Under the pieces are notes generated by a model, which saw only the letters and a list, made by a program, of their open reading frames with translations, had not been told where the DNA came from and did not search any database. From a virus (lineage: Duplodnaviria > Caudoviricetes), in IMG/VR virus record IMGVR_UViG_3300020340_000010, positions 1 to 26,978 of that record: a stretch of 26,978 bases of DNA. The stretch is one strand, 5' to 3'. A program made the position numbers and the translations under genes. Shown here piece by piece: positions 22,301 to 26,978 of this stretch (the stretch's first letter is position 1; each line of letters begins with the position of its first letter).

Positions 22301-23856
22301 TTGGTGTAAGTTCTGTAGGACAGAATCTTAGATTGTCTGTCGCTGGTATTGGTGTAACGCAAGAACTTATCTTGGGTAACGTCCAAGGCAATTTTGTTGT
22401 TGGTTCAGCAAATACTGTTCAGTTTGTGAATAGTTCGGGTATTACAACTGATCTGAATTATGATCTCGGTGGTGATGTTCAGGTTGCATCGGTTAATGTT
22501 GTGAATGATGGTCTTCACATCAAAGTGAATCATAGAAATCATGGTATGTATTTTGATGATAATAGAGTAAGCATTTCTGGTGTACTGCCCGATATCAGAC
22601 CTACCAAACTGAGCACTGCATATAATGCAGATTCTACAAGTGCCATTTCTGTTGATAGCTCCACTAATTTCTCTTCCTTCGAGAACGTTGGAGTTGGTAC
22701 AACAAACAAAGGTTATCTGTTGATTGGTAAAGAAATCATTGAGTATGATAACATTTCAGGCAACAACATCGGAGGAAACATTGTAAGAGGATCTAATCCT
22801 GTTAACTATCCAGTTGGAACACCAGTTTACAAATATGAAAACTCTGGTGTCAATTTGCAGCGTATTAATAAAACGCATGATCTTAATAATGTGACAGTTG
22901 CAAATCCAATTACATTTGACTCATACAATGTAAAGATTGATATGTCTGCACTTGATTCAAGCAATGATGATAGGAGCAATGATGTTGGATTCCCTGCATT
23001 GTATCTTAACAACACCAAATCCACTGGTGGATACAATGTGAAGGCGTCTCAAAACATTCCTTTTGAGATTGTCACACCAGTTGTACATAACATGACTGTC
23101 AAAGGTACAAGTTTGACAGGAGAACTTAGAATGACAACTTCTAAGAGTTTGAGTGGAAGTGAATTGGCATACTTGGATACTGGGTTTGAGACCATTACCT
23201 TTAATGAACCAAACTTCTTGGAGACTCCTAGAATGGTTGCATCGAAGGTAAACGAAGATGCCAAGTTAGCAGATCGTCCTGGTGCAAAGTCTATGAATAT
23301 GAGACTTTTCCTCAATACCACTGATTCAAGAGTATCACCAGTTATCGATGCTCAGAGAGTCAGTGCAATCCTCACCTCAAACAGAGCAAATAGTGAAATC
23401 ACAAACTTTGCAACTGATAGTAGAGTTAACACGATTGATTTAGATCCTACTGCATGTCAGTATCTTTCTAAAGAAATCACCCTTGAGCAGTCTGCCACAT
23501 CTCTGAAAATTAATTTGAGTGCCCATGTAAACCTGGGCGCTGATATCAGAGCCTTCTACATGGTTGGAAATGAGCAGGGCACTGATCCTATATTCTCACC
23601 ATTCCCAGGTTATAAGAACCTCAATGTTAGAGGTCAAGTAATTGACGCTAAGGCAAGCAATGGTGAGTCTGACGTATTTGTTCCTAAATCAAACATTTAC
23701 GCATATGAGTCGCAGGATCTCGACTTTAAAGAATATGAATTCACAATTGACGAGTTACCTGCATTTAGAACATATCGCATCAAGTTGTTGCTCACATCAA
23801 CATCACAGGTGCATGTTCCAAGAGTCAAAGATCTAAGAGTCATCGCATTAGCATAA
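16366..23856 (+). CDS. Large virion structural protein, VrlC-like / DUF4815 family (baseplate-associated)
   Basis: 2496 aa. Has N-terminal NLNVAPYFDDFD..FHKVLFKPGYPVQARELTTLQSILQNQ, NNYSAPGADRL, LARRTFAESGNY, RYRMSDIRRLENRVRNLEYYTALSLLE, RFKSGFFVDNF, DPLAQSF, GSLFKSQNASTW and C-terminal PRVKDLRVIALA. Position after gp8 is typical for cyanomyophages. Confidence 0.85.
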   Translation: MPQQTNLNVAPYFDDFDANNDFHKVLFKPGYPVQARELTTLQSILQNQVEKFGQHFFKEGAKVIPGNTSYSQFYRCIQLENTFQGVPVSAYADQLVGTKITGLTSGVTAYVDNVLNPEDSERGTLTLYINYLGSSTTNNATEFFSDGENLACDQIITSGLLGNTTIDAGAPFASTIATGAAETGSSFSIQEGVYFVRGQFVNVATETLILDQYNSAPSYRVGLLVSEEIITADLDETLNDNSQGFNNYSAPGADRLRISVRLSKKPNVDFQDDNFIELARFTDGVIRSQTKSTDYSLDFIDILARRTFAESGNYTVRDFDVSVENALDDGLGSRGIFSAGQFTPSGTPVTENQGIYKISPGKAFVKGYEIETIGPTFIDFTKTRTVRTIEDESIIYNTGPTVRINNVYGAPKVGMGNTFTVSLRDTRIGSAATVAAGSEIGLARVYDFSLESGNYNSSNGNINEWDISLFDVQTFTTLTLNEATTLNVPTFVKGEQTGATAFIRSAVSNSKSVTLYDVQGKFNDFEPLTFNGVASGFVGVAVTEFGISDVKSVHGVVGSGYTFNGDTIQSPISVVGVATISATSGAAGISTVRSTNPRFPTGIRENNLVRYSDVNRGGNTNNDPVFARVVSVGSSHLTITGVTTVTGVAIGGTVATQIEVQDFTVLGTNLVASSDNTLYTALPKANVSNVDLTSASINIRKEFTVNIASNTLSSVVTGGDNETFTAFDEERYALIRTDGSTEVLTADRLVFSNGGKSINFLNLGANDTGATLIATLKKEKPKSKVKIKNRVNSVIVDKSKLSASGAGSTTLNDGLTFGSYPFGTRVQDEIISLNVPDIVEIHGIFESTDTAVASCPTAVLNTLTSSSTTTTEFVIGEKITGQTTGAIAIVAEKVSDSKISFIYKNDILFKEGETIVAGESDVEGVIQTLDSQSFDVSQNFVFDDGQEGTIYNIGSLKRKAGVSEPAKQIKVYFSNGYFESTDDGDITTVSSYDQFDYGKDLNFVNFDRVSDIIDIRPRASEYTVAESTRSPLEFLGRSFNADGNSATSPLATDESILVTFSYYLGRIDRIFLTKDGAFQVKYGEPSERPVRPGPVDDAIEIATITLPPYLYRTQEAGLSFLEQKRYRMSDIRRLENRVRNLEYYTALSLLETNTANLFVPDAQGLNRFKSGFFVDNFNTFRPQEESFEIKNSIDLENKELRPKHYTTSLDLIFGPVINPDPTADKNFTPIEGTNVRRSSDIVTLDYAEVNYLEQSFATRVENVTPFLISFWQGSMELTPATDTWVDQSRLEAKIINTEGDYSETFNNMVRNGQIDRESGFGPIVWNSWRTNWTGIEIQNSTRTRETSRSWSRGWTAFRENQTLRDTLRHTVETGIESRTANRTVVTEVFDQTSVGDRVISRDLVAFMRSRNITFNAKRMKPLTQMYAFFDGKDVTKFCVPKLLEIQMISGTFTVGETVTGSVITTGLGADTSDNAAGMAFRVAQCNHREGPYNAPSQTYVDDPYNNQALPSTYSSTSTVLNVDVLSMSEETPGQYGGYLETGATLVGSSSGARATVTNVRLVTDLAANLIGSFFIPTLDSVNHPRFETGDKTLVLVNEEDNDQDAATTIAEEKFTASGTLETVQENIISVRNARVENRQSVENRSVQRTLQTEVVNTEVVRTSRSSWSFGPPPPPPPPRRWGDPLAQSFQVEDEMGVFITRCDVFFRSKDDMDIPITLQVRSMEGGVPSQVILPFSEVSLDPSRVNISADGSVATTFQFAAPVYLTGNNSDYCVVLISNSTKYEAYISRVGENDLITQSYISQQPYLGSLFKSQNASTWEPSQWEDLKFTLYRADFLDSGSVEFYNPELSDANTSVATLQPNSLNVVSRQLRVGLGTTVGDSTYALGNTFSQLGTNATGDLLGTAGIATGSMTVINAGLGYTPASGQFQFNGVDMVTVTGNGRGAKADITIQNGVAIAATFGTGGSGYQVGDVLTVSTIGVSSVGQNLRLSVAGIGVTQELILGNVQGNFVVGSANTVQFVNSSGITTDLNYDLGGDVQVASVNVVNDGLHIKVNHRNHGMYFDDNRVSISGVLPDIRPTKLSTAYNADSTSAISVDSSTNFSSFENVGVGTTNKGYLLIGKEIIEYDNISGNNIGGNIVRGSNPVNYPVGTPVYKYENSGVNLQRINKTHDLNNVTVANPITFDSYNVKIDMSALDSSNDDRSNDVGFPALYLNNTKSTGGYNVKASQNIPFEIVTPVVHNMTVKGTSLTGELRMTTSKSLSGSELAYLDTGFETITFNEPNFLETPRMVASKVNEDAKLADRPGAKSMNMRLFLNTTDSRVSPVIDAQRVSAILTSNRANSEITNFATDSRVNTIDLDPTACQYLSKEITLEQSATSLKINLSAHVNLGADIRAFYMVGNEQGTDPIFSPFPGYKNLNVRGQVIDAKASNGESDVFVPKSNIYAYESQDLDFKEYEFTIDELPAFRTYRIKLLLTSTSQVHVPRVKDLRVIALA
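21376..21399 (+). repeat. Poly-proline (P8) coding tract in the VrlC-like protein
   Basis: cca cct cct cca ccc cca cca cca, followed by RRWG and then the conserved DPLAQSF. Confidence 0.95.
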
Positions 23857-24083
23857 TGGATTATTACACAGTTGAGGGTCACGGGGATCTCGCAAGAGAC
23901 CCCGTAACAAATTCTATTATTAACGTGAACAATCATGATTATCAACAGTACGTTGAAAGAAGAAGTGTAAAATCCAAAGAGAATCAAAAAGTACAGACAA
24001 TTGAGGATCAAGTCGCTAATATGAAGGGCGAACTAGATGAAATCAAGTCGTTACTTAAGGAGTTAATCAATGGATCCCGATAA
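23856..24083 (+). CDS. Small hypothetical protein with a C-terminal coiled coil
   Basis: 75 aa. Starts in a TAATG overlap with the upstream stop. N-terminal VEGH.DL.RD..T.SIIN motif, then heptad pattern IEDQVANMKGELDEIKSLLKEL. Confidence 0.85.
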   Translation: MDYYTVEGHGDLARDPVTNSIINVNNHDYQQYVERRSVKSKENQKVQTIEDQVANMKGELDEIKSLLKELINGSR

Positions 24084-24252
24084 CATCAAATTGAGCAATC
24101 TGTCAAAGATGTTTGCTTATAGTCAACTAGCATCTGAGATAGATAGTTGTGATGATAGTGATACTCTCAAAAAAATTGCAAAGTCATTTTGCAAACTTTA
24201 TTATAAACAACAGGAAACGATGTCAATCATAGGAATGGCCGATGCCCAGTAA
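24070..24252 (+). CDS. Small hypothetical helical protein
   Basis: 60 aa. Overlaps the upstream ORF by 14 nt and the downstream ORF by 11 nt, exactly filling the gap. The MDPDNIKL..LSK.F.Y...EID.C...K...KLY.KQQE pattern resembles small cyanophage ORFs. Confidence 0.75.
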   Translation: MDPDNIKLSNLSKMFAYSQLASEIDSCDDSDTLKKIAKSFCKLYYKQQETMSIIGMADAQ

Positions 24253-24628
24253 AAATATCACTTTTGATCCAGATGCCGGTGTGCCAAAGGGTGCTAACTT
24301 TACTTTGCATACCGGAGCAGATTTTCACGCAAACTTCAATGTTGTAAATACTGCAAACTCTGCATTTAATTTTACGGGATATTCAGGTTCCGCTCAGATG
24401 TCAAAAAGTGTGGCTATTGGGGCGACACTTGGAGTAACCACAAGTTTTACTGTTGGATTTACAAGTGCATTTGATGGGAAGTTTAGAGTCTCTCTTGGAT
24501 CAACTGATACTAGAAATTTGAAAGAAGGTAGATACGTCTATGACGTTCTTGTAAGTTCTGGTTCTACAACTTATAGCATAGTAAACGGAAATATATTAGT
24601 TCTTGCGGGTATATCTTCTGCTCCCTAA
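24242..24628 (+). CDS. Hypothetical beta-rich (Ig-like/BppU-N-like) virion protein
   Basis: 128 aa. Pattern NFTLHTGADF...FNFTGYSGSAQM.K...G.FRVSL..TDT.NL.EGRYVYDVLV.....IVNGNILV..G is seen in small beta-sandwich adaptors of T4-like phages. The fold is an inference. Confidence 0.75.
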   Translation: MPSKNITFDPDAGVPKGANFTLHTGADFHANFNVVNTANSAFNFTGYSGSAQMSKSVAIGATLGVTTSFTVGFTSAFDGKFRVSLGSTDTRNLKEGRYVYDVLVSSGSTTYSIVNGNILVLAGISSAP

Positions 24629-24631
24629 ATA
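24625..24631 (+). promoter_or_regulatory. Late promoter motif (CTAAATA) upstream of gp13
   Basis: Contains the stop codon TAA 24626-24628 and ends 22 nt before the gp13 ATG. AGGAG at 24636-24640 is a possible, rather distant, Shine-Dalgarno site. Confidence 0.65.
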
Positions 24632-24653
24632 TGTTAGGAGAATAGTTTGTTAA

Positions 24654-25496
24654 ATGGCACAACCATCTAGTAGGGCAGATCTAATAAATTATTGTAAAAG
24701 GCAACTTGGTGCTCCAGTCCTAGAAATTAATATTGCTGATGAACAAGTGGAGGATATCATTGATGATGCTCTCCAGTATTTTCATGAGCGTCATTTTGAT
24801 GGTGTCATTCAGACTTATCTAAAGTATAAAATAACACAAGACGACAAAGATAGAGGACAGGGTAGAGGCGGAAATAATCCAATCGGAATTATTACAACCA
24901 CTGCGACTTCTACAGTAGGTTTATCGACAACATTCTCTTACGAAGAAAATAGCAATTATATTCAGGTTCCTCCATCTGTCATAGGGATCAATAAGATCTT
25001 TAAGTATGACGGACCACAAACTTCCACGAATAATATGTTCAGTGTGAAGTATCAGATGTTCCTTAATGACATGTATTATTTTGGATCGACTGAGATCCTT
25101 ACATATGCAATGACAAAAAGGTATTTGGAAGATTTAGATTTTATTCTGAATAATGATAAGCAAATAAGATTTAACCAAAGACAAAACAGACTATACTTAG
25201 ATATCGACTTTGGTGACGTGGCAGTTGATGATTACCTTATTATTGACTGTTATCGACTCATTGATCCAAATGATTTTACAAGAGTTTATAACGACGCTTT
25301 TCTAAAAAAATATGCCACAGCTCTCATGAAGAAGCAGTGGGGTCAAAACCTTATTAAGTTCCAAGGAGTCAAATTACCTGGAGGAATAGAACTTAATGGT
25401 AGACAAATTTATGATGACGCTCAAAAAGATTTGGAAATGATCAAAGAGCAAATGTCAAACACTTATGAACTTCCCCCACTGGATTTTATAGGTTGA
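24654..25496 (+). CDS. gp13: Neck protein / head-tail adaptor, T4 gp13-like
   Basis: 280 aa. LINYCKRQLGAPVLEINIADEQVEDIIDDALQYFHERHFDG and FLKKYATALMKKQWGQNLIKFQGVKLPGGIELNGRQIY are gp13 hallmarks. Confidence 0.96.
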   Translation: MAQPSSRADLINYCKRQLGAPVLEINIADEQVEDIIDDALQYFHERHFDGVIQTYLKYKITQDDKDRGQGRGGNNPIGIITTTATSTVGLSTTFSYEENSNYIQVPPSVIGINKIFKYDGPQTSTNNMFSVKYQMFLNDMYYFGSTEILTYAMTKRYLEDLDFILNNDKQIRFNQRQNRLYLDIDFGDVAVDDYLIIDCYRLIDPNDFTRVYNDAFLKKYATALMKKQWGQNLIKFQGVKLPGGIELNGRQIYDDAQKDLEMIKEQMSNTYELPPLDFIG

Positions 25497-25500
25497 TATT

Positions 25501-26925
25501 ATGCTTAATCCTTATTTTCAACAAGGCGCTAGGACAGAACAAAATCTGCTCCAAGATCTAATCAACGAACAGTTGAAGATGTATGGGGTTGAAGTGCATT
25601 ATCTTCCCAGAAAGTATGTGACTGAGAAATCAGTCATACGTGAGGTAATTCAGTCATCATTTGATGATGCATATCCAATAGAGGCGTATGTTGAGAATGT
25701 GGATGGATATGGAGATAATCCTACTTTGTTGTCTAAGTTTGGTATTCAGGCAACGAATGAGTTAAATTTGATTATATCAAAAGAAAGGTGGGAAAACTAT
25801 ATTCAACCTCTGATTAAGAACGAAACGAATATAAAACTTTCTACTCGACCAAAAGAAGGGGACTTAGTTTACTTCCCTCTTGGTGATAGATTATTTGAGA
25901 TTAAATACGTTGAACATGAGAGACCATTTTACCAACTTCAGAAGAATTATGTCTATGAGTTGAGATGTGAACTCTTCAGACTTGAGGATGAACTCATTGA
26001 CACTGGTATTGATGATATAGATGATGTACTGGTTGGCGGAGAACTCACTGGAGAGACTGAGGACGGTATAAGCACCCTTACAGGTCCATCACAGACTTTA
26101 ACTCTTGTAGGAACTGGAGTTACAGCAACAGCAGTCATATCTGTGTTCAATGGAGGTATTCAGAAATTTGTTGTCTCTAATAGGGGCAGCAACTATAGCT
26201 CTTTACCAAGAGTAGCGATTTCCTCAGCACCAAGCACGGGAACAACTGGTATAGGAACTGCTGTGTTTATCGGAGGTATTAGAGTATGTACCGACAATCT
26301 CAACCCAGCACTTAAGTCAGTTCAGCAGGTAGATATCATTAATCCAGGTGCAGGTTATACCACACCACCTAGTGTTCAGTTTATTGGTGGAGGCGGTGCA
26401 GGAGCTGCTGCAACTGCTGTTATCAATACTGGAGTAGTTGGTCTTGCTACTCTTACAAACGCTGGTGCTGGATATACTGTCAATCCAACTATCACTATCT
26501 CTGGTGTCTCAACTGTGTCTGCTGCTGCAACAGCAATTGTAAATTCTGCTGGTGCAATTACTGCAATTCACTTTACAAACTCTGGTGCTGGATACACAGT
26601 AGCTCCAACTATTACCATTGCAAACCCAGACCTAGATTCAATCGGAGACTTTGCATTCAATGAGGTCGTTACTGGATCAGTTACTGGAACAACGGCAAGA
26701 GTTAAGAGATGGGACTCTACAACCAACGAACTTGAGATTTATAAAGTTGGTGGAGACTTCACAGTTGGTGAAAATATTGTCGGATCTACATCAGGTGCTT
26801 CACATCAATTGAGAGTTATAAGCACTGATCCACCTGATGATGGTTTTGCAGACAATGTAAACATTGAAACTGAAGCAGATTCTATCTTAGACTTCAGTGA
26901 GCAAAACCCATTTGGTATTCCCTAA
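25501..26925 (+). CDS. gp14: Neck protein / head closure, T4 gp14-like, with inserted repeat domains
   Basis: 474 aa. NPYF...EQNLLQDLINEQLKMYGVEVHYLPR, SKFG, RPKEGDLVYFPL..LFEIKYVEHE.PFYQL and the C-terminal DFSEQNPFG. Confidence 0.95.
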   Translation: MLNPYFQQGARTEQNLLQDLINEQLKMYGVEVHYLPRKYVTEKSVIREVIQSSFDDAYPIEAYVENVDGYGDNPTLLSKFGIQATNELNLIISKERWENYIQPLIKNETNIKLSTRPKEGDLVYFPLGDRLFEIKYVEHERPFYQLQKNYVYELRCELFRLEDELIDTGIDDIDDVLVGGELTGETEDGISTLTGPSQTLTLVGTGVTATAVISVFNGGIQKFVVSNRGSNYSSLPRVAISSAPSTGTTGIGTAVFIGGIRVCTDNLNPALKSVQQVDIINPGAGYTTPPSVQFIGGGGAGAAATAVINTGVVGLATLTNAGAGYTVNPTITISGVSTVSAAATAIVNSAGAITAIHFTNSGAGYTVAPTITIANPDLDSIGDFAFNEVVTGSVTGTTARVKRWDSTTNELEIYKVGGDFTVGENIVGSTSGASHQLRVISTDPPDDGFADNVNIETEADSILDFSEQNPFGIP

Positions 26926-26928
26926 ATA
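26922..26928 (+). promoter_or_regulatory. Late promoter motif (CTAAATA) upstream of gp15
   Basis: Contains the gp14 stop TAA 26923-26925 and ends 22 nt before the ATG at 26951, the same geometry as the gp13 site. Confidence 0.65.
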
Positions 26929-26950
26929 ATATTATCATTAAACCTTAACA

Positions 26951-26978
26951 ATGTTTGAGTATTTTTATAACGAGATAT
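26951..26978 (+). CDS. gp15: 5' end of tail terminator / sheath stabiliser gp15 (partial): MFEYFYNEI...
   Basis: Not in the ORF track because it runs off the window. MFEYFYNEI resembles the gp15 N-terminus and fits the gp13-gp14-gp15 order. Confidence 0.8.

Noticed and set aside
2648-23856. Possible intein, intron or homing endonuclease explaining the giant ORFs
   Set aside because: I saw no intein splice-junction blocks, LAGLIDADG, HNH or GIY-YIG motifs, and no frame interruptions. The size is accounted for by repeated structural modules.
16366-23856. Interpreting the VrlC-like protein as a virulence factor
   Set aside because: The name derives from the Dichelobacter vrl locus. In this context the gene order indicates a virion structural role.
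431-25907. Other TAAATA hexamers (431, 1818, 7590, 24345, 25902)
   Set aside because: They are intragenic, preceded by T or G rather than A/C, and expected by chance in AT-rich DNA. The one at 431 is about 70 nt before gp6 and cannot be fully excluded.
592-26150. The many other 60-124-aa alternative-frame and antisense ORFs in the track
   Set aside because: All lie within (or, for 23697-24011, straddle) well-supported + strand genes. They show the Leu/Ile-rich off-frame signature or mirror composition and have no independent support.
1-26978. DGR, CRISPR array, invertible cassette or long DNA repeats
   Set aside because: No reverse transcriptase, recombinase, regularly spaced repeats or near-identical DNA pairs were seen by eye. 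The repeats are diverged and visible only at protein level. A nucleotide self dot-plot would be needed to exclude a remote template repeat.

Overview
This window is the virion structural (baseplate to neck) module of a large T4-like myovirus, most consistent with a marine cyanomyophage (Kyanoviridae-type gene order). The host cannot be established from this window. All real genes lie on the + strand and are tightly packed: 3' end of a small ORF, gp25, gp6, a giant 4038-aa gp7-like wedge protein, gp8, a 2496-aa VrlC/DUF4815-like structural protein, three small overlapping ORFs, neck gp13, an enlarged neck gp14 and the first codons of gp15. T4-type late promoter motifs ([A/C]TAAATA) sit at gene junctions, usually fused to the upstream stop codon. 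I see no RNA genes, CRISPR array, mobile element, intein or DGR, and no clearly new stand-alone system. The most unusual signals are at protein level: (i) a G-[ILV]-[GAST]-[TS] motif saturating nearly every structural protein, (ii) gp7 built as a nested mosaic of about six repeated module types, several shared with gp8, the VrlC-like protein and gp14, (iii) a YHYH-like domain lacking its histidines, and (iv) a candidate late promoter inside the gp8 coding sequence. Family assignments come from recognition of motifs and synteny, not from database searches.
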